Shown here: positions 9,397 to 17,222 of the stretch, one piece after another | Layout: every line of letters starts with the position of its first letter | Numbering within the stretch: the first letter of the stretch is position 1 | NCBI GenBank assembly: GCA_964356695.1 | Contig: CAYHIZ010000001.1 | Location: 1 to 56,609, forward strand | DNA length: 56,609 nt | Reading direction: 5' to 3' | DNA from: an uncultured Candidatus Saccharibacteria bacterium | GTDB lineage: Bacteria; Patescibacteriota; Minisyncoccia; Phycocordibacterales; UBA2100 | Translations under genes and position numbers: made by a program | The notes under the pieces: model-generated | Seen by the model: only the letters and a program-made list of their open reading frames with translations | Told to the model about the DNA's origin: nothing | Databases searched by the model: none

Positions 9397-10845
9397 TTAC
9401 TTTCTCGGAAACAGCGTCTCCGGCATTGTATTAGTCAGGATTGCTTTCTGAATTTTCTCTGCAGTTTCCGGCATGATTGTGGACAGATGCGTTGCAATCA
9501 TTGATAAATGCCCGACGAGTCGCTCGATGATTTTAATACCTTCCTCTTTCTCCTCTGCTTTCGCAGATTTTACCAAAAAAAACGGTTTTTTCTCTTGAAT
9601 ATGCGCATCTGCTTTCGCTATGTGCTCAAAGATCAAATCTGTCGCCGCATTGTAGTTGTACGAATCAAGCAATGCGCAAAAAGACGGCTGCATTGTTTTT
9701 TGTTCTTCTGAAACTGCGACAGAGTCGGTAAGATTGTCCTCGGCTAACCGCATGATGCGCGCAACCTGATTGCCAAGACCGTTTGCGAGATCGGCGTTGT
9801 AGGCTTCCTTGAATCTCTCCATCGTAAAGTCGGAGTCGTCGAATGAATGAACGTGCCGCGCGAGGAAAAAGCGCAGTGCATCTGTACCATATTCATCTAC
9901 GATCGATACGGGATCGATTACATTGCCGAGCGACTTGGACATTTTTTGACCTCCGCTTGTGATGAATCCGTGATAGACGACCCGTTTTGTGGCGGGCAAT
10001 CCTGCAGACATAAGCATCGCCTGCCACATGATCGATTGGAACCGCACCTGGTCTTTCCCCGCAAGCTGCAGCGTTTCTCCATCTTCCCAAAACTTCTTGA
10101 ACAAGCCGTCCTTGTCTTCAGGCCACCCAAGAGTCGAGATGTAATTAGTAAGCGCATCAAACCAGACATACATAATCTGACTCTCATCGCCCGGCACCGG
10201 CACTCCCCATGGCATCTTTTCCTTGATGCGCGAAATACTGAAATCCTCAAGGCCGCGCTTCACAAACTGTATAACTTCTTGCCTGCGCCATTCCGGCACG
10301 ATAACGTCTTCGCGCGCTAGATACTCGAGCAATTTTTCTTGATATGCGCTTAAGCAAAAAAAGTAATTCTCCTCTTCTATGAGCATAGGCTCCATCGTCG
10401 GATGATTCGGACACTTACCCCCCTTAAGATCAGTTTCCTTAACAAATGCCTCGTCGCCCACGCAATACAGACCTTTATATTTTTTCTTGTAAATATCACC
10501 CGCCTTGTCGCATCTTCGCCATAATTCTTGCGCGGCCACTTTGTGATAAATATCGGTCGTGCGGACGAAATGGAGGTTGGGCGAGAGATTGAGCATAGTC
10601 TTCAAATCGCGGAATTTGGCCGCATATTCATCGACATACGCCTGCGTGTCCTTCTTCTCCTCCTGCGCCTTGCGGTATATCTTCAATCCATGCTCGTCGG
10701 TGCCGGTATTAAAAAATACATCATCACCAAGAAACGAATGGTAGCGCGCGAGTATGTCGGCATGCACAAGCTCAAGCGCAAAGCCGATATGAGGATCGGA
10801 GTTCACGTACGGCAGAGTCGTTGTTAGATAAAAATCTTTACTCAT
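9397..10845 (-). CDS. metG: Methionyl-tRNA synthetase
   Basis: TTTLPYVNSDPHIGFALE (HIGH-type), KMSKSLGN, and a class I MetRS layout with a Cys-containing insertion. Start taken at the ATG at 10845 (MSKDFYL); the ORF track extends to 10881. Confidence 0.9.
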   Translation of the reverse strand: MSKDFYLTTTLPYVNSDPHIGFALELVHADILARYHSFLGDDVFFNTGTDEHGLKIYRKAQEEKKDTQAYVDEYAAKFRDLKTMLNLSPNLHFVRTTDIYHKVAAQELWRRCDKAGDIYKKKYKGLYCVGDEAFVKETDLKGGKCPNHPTMEPMLIEEENYFFCLSAYQEKLLEYLAREDVIVPEWRRQEVIQFVKRGLEDFSISRIKEKMPWGVPVPGDESQIMYVWFDALTNYISTLGWPEDKDGLFKKFWEDGETLQLAGKDQVRFQSIMWQAMLMSAGLPATKRVVYHGFITSGGQKMSKSLGNVIDPVSIVDEYGTDALRFFLARHVHSFDDSDFTMERFKEAYNADLANGLGNQVARIMRLAEDNLTDSVAVSEEQKTMQPSFCALLDSYNYNAATDLIFEHIAKADAHIQEKKPFFLVKSAKAEEKEEGIKIIERLVGHLSMIATHLSTIMPETAEKIQKAILTNTMPETLFPRK

Positions 10846-11000
10846 CACGCTAGTGTACAACCAGTCGCCCGTTGTTTCCAACAGAATTCACCATAGTATT
10901 GCCAAACGCGCGGTCAGGAGTACAGTCTCAAGTGGGGGTGCTAACACAGGAGAACAGAGTGCAAAAGAACCTTGACACGCTTATTGAGGAGAATGGGGCT

Positions 11001-11690
11001 ATGCCCAAGCGCCTCCTCACCCGCTTTTCCGGACTTACGCATGTCTCTGTCGCACAGGCGATTCGCTACGGGAGGGAATACTACATGTTGTCCGAAGCGT
11101 TCGGCTTGGGCGCGGCAGGTTACATCGGAGTCGTTGCGAGTGAGGTGCGAACCGCGCAAGGACGGCGCCGGTCCATTCTGGAAGAACTGCTCCAACAGGC
11201 AACCTCTATCTTCGCCGACGACCTCGGACTATTACGTGGCGCGTACGGAGGCGGCGATAGGGGATTGATCCATTACCGCCTGTTCGAGCAACAGTGTCGA
11301 AAGATCGGACTCGTCGCCGGTTCCACGACGCACTTACCCGAAACCGTGCAGCTTCTGGCCGTGATTCGAGATCCCTTCGGCACGATGCCGGGTGGCATAT
11401 CGGTGTTCAAGGTCATCGAGACGATCGCCTATAAAGTCGTCGAACACCAAGTGCCTTTCTTCCTCGCCATCGAGGACGAGAACAAAGCGAAAGTGTACGC
11501 GCTGGAAGACCTGTCGTACACCAACATCCATCTCGAAATCGAGGGCGAACATGCAGCGGAATCAAACGATCTTGTCCAGCTTCTGCTCGAAATTGGAGTG
11601 AGCGAGGATGTACTAGCGGCGACCGTTGTCTATTTGAGTGCGCGCCTCGGCGCTTATTGGAACGCGCTTGAGCGACACGTGTTTGCGTGA
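11001..11690 (+). CDS. Hypothetical protein (possible heme-oxygenase-like/di-iron helical fold; weak)
   Basis: The ATG at 11001 is preceded by GAGGAG about 10 nt upstream. The protein looks helical, with E/H-containing motifs (HYRLFEQQ, HLEIEGEHAAE). No family was confidently recognised. The ORF track start at 10872 would overlap the divergent metG start. Confidence 0.4.
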   Translation: MPKRLLTRFSGLTHVSVAQAIRYGREYYMLSEAFGLGAAGYIGVVASEVRTAQGRRRSILEELLQQATSIFADDLGLLRGAYGGGDRGLIHYRLFEQQCRKIGLVAGSTTHLPETVQLLAVIRDPFGTMPGGISVFKVIETIAYKVVEHQVPFFLAIEDENKAKVYALEDLSYTNIHLEIEGEHAAESNDLVQLLLEIGVSEDVLAATVVYLSARLGAYWNALERHVFA

Positions 11691-11845
11691 ACTGAAACCG
11701 GCGGCGCGGCTCGTTGCAGTCGCGAAAGTAGCCTGAAAGAGTCAGAGGGAAATCCTCCGACTCTTTTTCTTTTTGGGAGTTGCCCCGCTGCCTTTCATTT
11801 CCCCCGCGAATTGCGTATGATTCGAACCATACTCCGCGCGTTTTT

Positions 11846-12901
11846 TTATTCGTTCCCGGAAAATACGCGCCGCGCTCGAATATCTTTAGTAAATTCCTGT
11901 ATCGTCGCCGCCATAGGCACTGAAAGAAGAATCCCGAGAAAGCCCACGAGTTTAGCCCCGATAATGAGCGCCAAAATAACGAGAAGAGGCGGAACGCCAA
12001 CGACACGCGTTACTACGAGCGGATAAATGAGATGATTTTCGAATTGTTGGGCGATGACGTAGAGAGCGGTCGTGAGCATGCCCAGAGTCACGCCCCCATC
12101 TACCAGTGCAATAGCGATGGCTGGCACTGCCGCAAACGTAGGACCAAATACGGGAATGATTTCAAACATGGCCGCAATAACGGCAAGCAGGAGCGCGTGA
12201 GGCACTCCCAAAATCGTGAGACCAAGGAAAAGCAAAACCCCCATGATTACAGCAAGAAGCAATTGACCTTGCATCCAGAGTCCGATCTTGCGTCGCGAAC
12301 GATCCCAAAGGTCCAAAATGTATTTCTTGTGTTTTGTAGGCGAGATAATTTCTAAAAAGTCATCCACACCGGTTTCGATGACGGCGAAATAGAATGAGAA
12401 TACGATAATGAGGACGAATGAAAAAACTCCGCCGAAAATACTCGCGATCGCACTAAGCGCGTTGCTAGCGACCCCCGCCGCCTCAGCTGCGCTTCTCACA
12501 CTGGCCATTAGATCAAGACCTGCGAGATGAGGAGGTGCAGTACCCATGATGCGCGCGAAGTCGTCGAATGCGCTTATACGATTCAGCTTATCGAGATAGA
12601 CGGGAAGAGAGTTAAGGAATGTTGCAAAATCTGCAAACAGCGTCGGAACAAAAAAATAAAATAGAAAGAAAAAAGCGGCGAAAAACAGGATGTATACGAG
12701 AAGTACAGAGAGTACGCGCGGCAACTTGTTGTGACGGAGTTTCAGAACGGCAGGTTCGACTGCCGACGCTATAACGACCGCCGTCAGAAGAACCAAGACC
12801 AAATCTCGCAGTGTCCAGAGAAGCCACGCTCCTGCGAATATAACAACTGCCACCACGATCGTGCCAGTCGATATCGAGATGGTTGTAGGACGCGCATCCA
12901 T
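11846..12901 (-). CDS. AI-2E family transporter (PerM/UPF0118-like permease)
   Basis: Polytopic membrane protein with the family-typical C-terminal block AVIAAMFEIIPVFGPTFAAVPAIAIAL...QQFENHLIYPLVV. Confidence 0.8.
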   Translation of the reverse strand: MDARPTTISISTGTIVVAVVIFAGAWLLWTLRDLVLVLLTAVVIASAVEPAVLKLRHNKLPRVLSVLLVYILFFAAFFFLFYFFVPTLFADFATFLNSLPVYLDKLNRISAFDDFARIMGTAPPHLAGLDLMASVRSAAEAAGVASNALSAIASIFGGVFSFVLIIVFSFYFAVIETGVDDFLEIISPTKHKKYILDLWDRSRRKIGLWMQGQLLLAVIMGVLLFLGLTILGVPHALLLAVIAAMFEIIPVFGPTFAAVPAIAIALVDGGVTLGMLTTALYVIAQQFENHLIYPLVVTRVVGVPPLLVILALIIGAKLVGFLGILLSVPMAATIQEFTKDIRARRVFSGNE

Positions 12902-12947
12902 AGGGGGATACTAGCATAAAGTTGTTTGATATTTGAGGCGTACACAA

Positions 12948-13075
12948 GTAACCACTCACCCGTTCCCAGCGCGCCGTCTTTGCGAGCGGAGCGAAGCAAT
13001 CTAGAGTCCCACCTCATGCTTCTGGATCGCTTCGCAAAGCTCGCGAAGACGAATACTGGGAATAGCTGACCTTAC
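12948..13075. repeat. Palindromic MITE-like intergenic repeat, copy 1 of 4
   Basis: GTAAC..CGTTCCCAG..CGTCTTTGCGAGC..GCGAAGCAATCTAGA..(loop)..TCTGGATCGCTTCGC..GCTCGCGAAGACG..CTGGGAA..CTTAC. The element is self-complementary end to end. It is closely similar to 48338-48467 and, in inverted orientation, to 50343-50565. Confidence 0.8.
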
Positions 13076-13148
13076 CAATCTTCTCTTTGGAAATACGCCC
13101 GCGCGGGAGTACATTACTATGGCGCTTAAACGTATGCGTGAGTCGCGC

Positions 13149-13219
13149 GCGCCCATAGCTCAATGGTAGAGCGACCGTCTTATACACGGTCTACCTAGGT
13201 TCGATTCCTAGTGGGCGTA
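13149..13219 (+). tRNA. tRNA with anticodon TAT (UAU; predicted tRNA-Ile decoding AUA)
   Basis: 71-nt cloverleaf folded by hand. Acceptor GCGCCCA/TGGGCGT (G1-U72 wobble); D arm GCTC-AATGGTA-GAGC; anticodon arm ACCGT-CTTATAC-ACGGT; 4-nt variable loop; T arm CTAGG-TTCGATT-CCTAG; discriminator A. CCA is not encoded. Confidence 0.8.
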
Positions 13220-13220
13220 C

Positions 13221-13310
13221 ATGATCGAAATTCGAATGAATCCTACTCTTTCCATTTTGGAAAAAATCGCTGGAGCGCTTGGAATTTCAAGCAGTGAACT
13301 TTTGAAATAA
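13221..13310 (+). pseudogene. 3' remnant of an XRE-family HTH regulator gene
   Basis: A 29-codon ORF, MIEIRMNPTLSILEKIAGALGISSSELLK*. It corresponds only to the last helices of an XRE HTH domain (..NPSLxTLxKIAxALGxSxxELx). It begins 1 nt after the tRNA 3' end. Confidence 0.4.
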
Positions 13311-13314
13311 AGTT

Positions 13315-14004
13315 ATGAAATTTGAATTAAAAAAATACAACAGAGTCACTCCAAAAGATTATCGAAATGTCACTGATGAAGAGCTGATCAATGATTTACG
13401 CCAAGTTGCTAATAAATTACAGAAGGATTCTGTAACCCACAATGAATATGATCAACAAGGTAAATTTAATAGCCATATTTTTGGTAGAAGATTTGGTGGT
13501 TGGCTAAACGCACTTGAAAAAGCTGGTCTCCAAAAGACGAGGAATTATAATATAACTGACGAGGAGGCATTTCAAAATTTAGAAAATATTTGGATAAAGT
13601 TAGGACGGCAACCTATACGCGAAGAATTGTATGCACCACTTTCAAAGTACAGCGGTGCGTTCTATGAATACCATTTTGGCACATGGCAAAAGGCATTAGA
13701 AAAATTTGTCGCTTATATCAACAATGAGGAAAATATCTCATCCGAGGAATCAATAAAAAATTTGGAAATTGAGCCAAATACTCAACATAAAACTACAAGA
13801 GGTGTAAATGAGCGGTTACGATTTATTGTTATGAGGCGAGATAATTTCAAATGCAAAGATTGCGGTCGGTCACCCGCAACTGACCCGAGTATCATTCTTC
13901 ATGTTGACCACTTTAAGGCGTGGGCAAAAGGTGGCGAAACAATTTTAGAAAATTTACAAACACTTTGCTCGGTATGTAATCGCGGCAAAAGCGATTTAGA
14001 ATAA
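13315..14004 (+). CDS. HNH endonuclease with two N-terminal homing-endonuclease-associated repeats
   Basis: Two repeats (ELINDLRQVANKL..THNEYDQQGKFNSHIFGRRFGGWLNALEKAG and FQNLENIWIKLGRQP..YSGAFYEYHFGTWQKALEKF). C-terminal HNH motif CKDCGRS...HVDHFKAWAKGGETILENLQTLCSVCNRGK. Confidence 0.8.
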   Translation: MKFELKKYNRVTPKDYRNVTDEELINDLRQVANKLQKDSVTHNEYDQQGKFNSHIFGRRFGGWLNALEKAGLQKTRNYNITDEEAFQNLENIWIKLGRQPIREELYAPLSKYSGAFYEYHFGTWQKALEKFVAYINNEENISSEESIKNLEIEPNTQHKTTRGVNERLRFIVMRRDNFKCKDCGRSPATDPSIILHVDHFKAWAKGGETILENLQTLCSVCNRGKSDLE

Positions 14005-14008
14005 AATT

Positions 14009-14557
14009 ATGGCAATCAATATTACTTATTTTGTACACGGAACGACTACAGATAACGAAAAAGAAATTTCGTCCAGCTGGAAAGATGTTGAACTTTCGGA
14101 ACTCGGCGTGAAGCAATCTGTAGAACTCAAAGAGCAGACCAAAGACAAGAAATTTGATGTCGTGTTCTGTTCCGACTTACAACGCGCTCACAATTCGGCA
14201 AAACTCGCGTGGAAGGGCGTGTATGAGATTATTCCCGACGCACGGCTTCGTGAGTGTAATTACGGCACTTTGAACGGCGCGTCTTCGGATATTGTTGAAC
14301 CGATGCAAGAGGATGAAGCAATTACGAAGCCGTTTCCTGATGGCGAAAGTTATGAGGATGTGAAAACCCGCGTAGTGGACTTTCTCGACTTCCTAAAGAA
14401 AAACTACGACGGCAAGCATATCGCAATCGTCGCGCATAAAGCGTCGCAACTTTCGCTCGATGTATTACTCAAAGACAAGACGTGGAAACAAGCCCTTGCC
14501 GAGGATTGGCGAAAAACAAAGGCATGGCGGCCTGGTTGGGAATACGAAGTTAAATAA
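14009..14557 (+). CDS. Histidine phosphatase (phosphoglycerate-mutase-like) family protein
   Basis: The N-terminal ITYFVHGTTTDNE corresponds to the RHG catalytic motif region. FCSDLQRAHNSA and IVAHKASQ (second catalytic His region) follow. The start lies 4 nt after the HNH stop. Confidence 0.7.
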   Translation: MAINITYFVHGTTTDNEKEISSSWKDVELSELGVKQSVELKEQTKDKKFDVVFCSDLQRAHNSAKLAWKGVYEIIPDARLRECNYGTLNGASSDIVEPMQEDEAITKPFPDGESYEDVKTRVVDFLDFLKKNYDGKHIAIVAHKASQLSLDVLLKDKTWKQALAEDWRKTKAWRPGWEYEVK

Positions 14558-14559
14558 AA

Positions 14560-15270
14560 ATGACAGGAATATTTTTTGCACATCCACATACACTTCTAGA
14601 TCAAGTTGGTAAGGTTTTAGAAAAAGTTGGCGCTGAAAAATTCTTTACAAGCCCGGATGAGGAAGTGAGGAAAGCCCGAGAGGGATTCGCGGCATATTTT
14701 TTTACTCTTACCTTGAAGCAATATCTACGGAGAGATTGGTGGTTGGCGCAGTACGACCAAGTCACTAGAGCTTACCCAGATTTTGATTTTATATCTTTTG
14801 CAGAAAATCCTAACGATATGAAGATGGAGTCTGTAGAGCTAGCCGGCATTTACCCCCATTTCAAATCTTTTGACGAAGCCCTAAAAGTTGTTGAGAAGAA
14901 ACAGAAACAGTATGGCGACAAGCCAGTAAAGTTTAGTTTGTTAGTCTTTGTAAATCACGAAAAAAGCGAGGAGTGGATTAATCTGCTTAGAAAGAGCGTG
15001 AGTAGTGAGCACCCATTCTTGAGCATATGGACAATACACTTGAGGTTTAAGAAGGGCGGAAAGGAAGTCGGGAAGGCGGTTGCCCAAAGGATTGTGCCTT
15101 TACCGGGTCTGAGAGTTGAAACCGACACCGATGATTCTGAAATACATAAACGACAGCCTCTCCCAAGTTATATGGAGCAACATCAGGAAGGTGAACGCAT
15201 TTATATTACATTCAAGGCCGAGTTTATTGATAAAATGCGGAAAAAAGTTGGAGCGTTACAGGCTCTCTAA
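14560..15270 (+). CDS. Hypothetical protein (236 aa), third gene of the HNH/phosphatase operon
   Basis: The start lies 2 nt after the phosphatase stop. No family recognised. The segment YPDFDFISF...MESVELAGIY...LLVFVNHEKS is weakly reminiscent of a PD-(D/E)xK-like strand pattern; this is speculative. Confidence 0.5.
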   Translation: MTGIFFAHPHTLLDQVGKVLEKVGAEKFFTSPDEEVRKAREGFAAYFFTLTLKQYLRRDWWLAQYDQVTRAYPDFDFISFAENPNDMKMESVELAGIYPHFKSFDEALKVVEKKQKQYGDKPVKFSLLVFVNHEKSEEWINLLRKSVSSEHPFLSIWTIHLRFKKGGKEVGKAVAQRIVPLPGLRVETDTDDSEIHKRQPLPSYMEQHQEGERIYITFKAEFIDKMRKKVGALQAL

Positions 15271-15327
15271 GGGAACCCCGCCCGCGATCCTTTCTGCCCT
15301 TCGCGGGCGGGATTGCACGCAAATGGG
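15271..15327 (+). repeat. 57-bp direct repeat A (hairpin-containing), immediately after a stop codon
   Basis: GGGAACCCCGCCCGCGATCCTTTCTGCCCTTCGCGGGCGGGATTGCACGCAAATGGG. It contains the inverted repeat CCCGCCCGCGA/TCGCGGGCGGG. An ungapped hand alignment to 17222-17278 gives 46/57 identical positions. Confidence 0.75.
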
Positions 15328-15343
15328 AGATCGGTGTGAGGGC

Positions 15344-15368
15344 AAAATAGGCATTTTATGCCTATTTT
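15344..15368. terminator. Perfect 11-3-11 palindrome, candidate bidirectional intrinsic terminator
   Basis: AAAATAGGCAT-TTT-ATGCCTATTTT. The A-run and T-run flank a GGCAT/ATGCC core. It lies between the 3-gene operon and the ATPase gene. Confidence 0.45.
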
Positions 15369-15468
15369 ACTCAATTATCCACAAACTATTGTGGAAATCA
15401 TTGCAATTTAATCTATTATCTGCTAGGATACGGTAGGTCGAGATAATAAGCGTAAAACCTATAAAAAT

Positions 15469-16677
15469 ATGATTCATTCAATTGCATGTAAAAACTTCTA
15501 TTCATTTGGGGAGGAGACGTCCCTTGATTTTGAGGTAAACGGCAATGCCCCAGAAAATAACGGCTATTTTGTAGCCAAGTCAGGCGTACGGCTCTCAAAG
15601 GTCGAAACGGTCGTAGGACCAAATGCGTCCGGTAAAACTAACTTGCTAAAAGTTTTGCCGTTTTTGAAGTGGCTGATCATTGATTCGTTCAACATGAAGC
15701 CCGAGAATCCGATTGTCGTTCAGCCGTTCGCATTTGGCGACGAAAAGAATGAGCCGACAGAGCTGTCAGTGGTTTTTGAGGTTGATGGAAAAGTGTATAC
15801 TTACGCATTTACCATCACTAAAGAGAAGGTTTTAAGCGAGGAATTAAAGCTCACCAGTTTTGCAAAGGAGAAGAAATCTACCAAGAAAATTTTCTCTCGA
15901 AGCTGGAATGTGAAAGAAAGTCGGTATGATTTTGAAGGAGATAATTTTGATCTGCCAAAAGGCTTTGAAAATCTCTTGCGTTCAAATGCAAGTGTTATTG
16001 GTACTGCCGCCCGACTTAATCACGCGGAAAGTCAGGCCATTGCGACATACTGGGGACAGATTGAAACAAATGTCATTGAGGCAGGGTGGATTGGTGATCA
16101 TTTGCTCCCCAATTCTATTGCCCAACTCGGAGGAGCCTTTGATTTCTTTAGTGAAAACAGTGCGCTTAAACAAGAGGCGGAGAAGTTGCTTAGCCGATTT
16201 GATTTGGGGCTAAGTGGGTTCGAAATAAAGAAAGAGAAAAAGGAAAATGGTTTTTCTCTCAATGTTCGAGCGTCACATCTGTTCAATGGGCAGACACAGT
16301 ATTTACCTGTTCAATATGAGTCGTCTGGAACAAAGCAATTGTTTGTGCTGTTGAAAAGCATTCTCGCCGCCCTTGAAAAAGGAAGTGTCGCTATTATCGA
16401 TGAGTTTGATGTAAACTTGCATCCTGAAATGGTGATGGCGTTGTTTGATTTGTTCATACAGCCGGAGACGAATCCAAAAAACGCACAGCTTCTTCTAAGC
16501 ACTCATAGCCATATGCTTTTGAGCAAGCTCGATAAGTACCAGATTGTATTGGTCGAGAAGAATGAAAATGGCATAAGCGAAGCGTGGCGCTTGGACGAAA
16601 TGCTCGATGTTCGCTCTGATGATAACTATTACTCAAAATATATCGCCGGAGCGTACGGGGCTGTTCCGAATATTTAA
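15469..16677 (+). CDS. AAA_21/ABC-like ATPase (AbiLi / RloA / PARIS AriA-like)
   Basis: Walker A GPNASGKTNLLKVL, signature-like YESSGTKQLFVLL, Walker B VAIIDEFDVNLHPEM and an H-loop region LLLSTHSHMLL. Confidence 0.8.
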   Translation: MIHSIACKNFYSFGEETSLDFEVNGNAPENNGYFVAKSGVRLSKVETVVGPNASGKTNLLKVLPFLKWLIIDSFNMKPENPIVVQPFAFGDEKNEPTELSVVFEVDGKVYTYAFTITKEKVLSEELKLTSFAKEKKSTKKIFSRSWNVKESRYDFEGDNFDLPKGFENLLRSNASVIGTAARLNHAESQAIATYWGQIETNVIEAGWIGDHLLPNSIAQLGGAFDFFSENSALKQEAEKLLSRFDLGLSGFEIKKEKKENGFSLNVRASHLFNGQTQYLPVQYESSGTKQLFVLLKSILAALEKGSVAIIDEFDVNLHPEMVMALFDLFIQPETNPKNAQLLLSTHSHMLLSKLDKYQIVLVEKNENGISEAWRLDEMLDVRSDDNYYSKYIAGAYGAVPNI

Positions 16678-16679
16678 CA

Positions 16680-17222
16680 TTGAAAATTATGTCGCGAACG
16701 AATCCATACAAGAAAAAACGTCGCAGTGCCAGCCGAACTTTACTGATGTATGGCGAGGGGCTTGGTGAGGAGATGTTCCTAAAACATTTGCGTGGACTGT
16801 ATTCCCGAGATAGCGGGGTCGCAGTAACAATACGTAATGGCAAAGGTGGCACGGCAACAAACATCATCACCAATGCCGTGAATGAGCCGGGCGCGTTTGA
16901 TCGGAGGGTTGTGATTTTGGATAATGATAAAAGCAAGCAGGAAATGAACCAAGCCCGAGCAGAAGCAAGACAGCGAGGAGTTGAACTGCTTGAAAATTCT
17001 CCCTGCCTGGAGGCTACACTGCTTGCGATTTTAAGACCCGGACAATCTTTTTCCGGTAGGACTTCGGCGTGGTGCAAAAGTGAGTTTGAGTCCAACTATC
17101 TGAATAAGAAAAAGCGCACTGAGCTCGGCGAATATACTAAGTTTTTTCCAAAGGCAACACTTGATGCACAGCGCGCCAATGTTACAGAATTGAATACTCT
17201 TATTTCTCTCATGCAGAGCTAG
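16680..17222 (+). CDS. RloB-like / Toprim-like protein (AbiLii / AriB-analogous partner)
   Basis: The start lies 2 nt after the ATPase stop (TTG at 16680, or ATG at 16689). TLLMYGEGLGEEMFLKHL resembles the RloB N-terminal EG..E Toprim motif, and VVILDNDKS is a DxD-like motif. Confidence 0.6.
   Translation: MKIMSRTNPYKKKRRSASRTLLMYGEGLGEEMFLKHLRGLYSRDSGVAVTIRNGKGGTATNIITNAVNEPGAFDRRVVILDNDKSKQEMNQARAEARQRGVELLENSPCLEATLLAILRPGQSFSGRTSAWCKSEFESNYLNKKKRTELGEYTKFFPKATLDAQRANVTELNTLISLMQS

Noticed and set aside
11413-12006. 197-aa Arg-rich minus-strand ORF bridging the 11001-11690 gene and the AI-2E transporter 3' end.
   Set aside because: It overlaps two better-supported genes, and its extreme Arg/Ser content is typical of an out-of-frame reading of GC-richer DNA.
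15375-15383. Perfect DnaA box TTATCCACA inside the island, considered as a possible second origin or plasmid-type replication site.
   Set aside because: It is a single box forming one arm of a local palindrome. There is no cluster of boxes, no adjacent AT-rich unwinding element and no rep gene. An operator is the more plausible reading.
13315-16677. Septu-like interpretation (AAA_21 ATPase PtuA + HNH nuclease PtuB), because both families occur in the island.
   Set aside because: The HNH and the ATPase are separated by two genes, a repeat and a terminator-like palindrome. The ATPase is instead translationally coupled to an RloB/Toprim-like gene, so an AbiL/PARIS-like pairing fits better.
16454-17095. 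213-aa minus-strand ORF spanning the ATPase/RloB junction.
   Set aside because: It overlaps two motif-supported plus-strand genes and has no recognisable features of its own.
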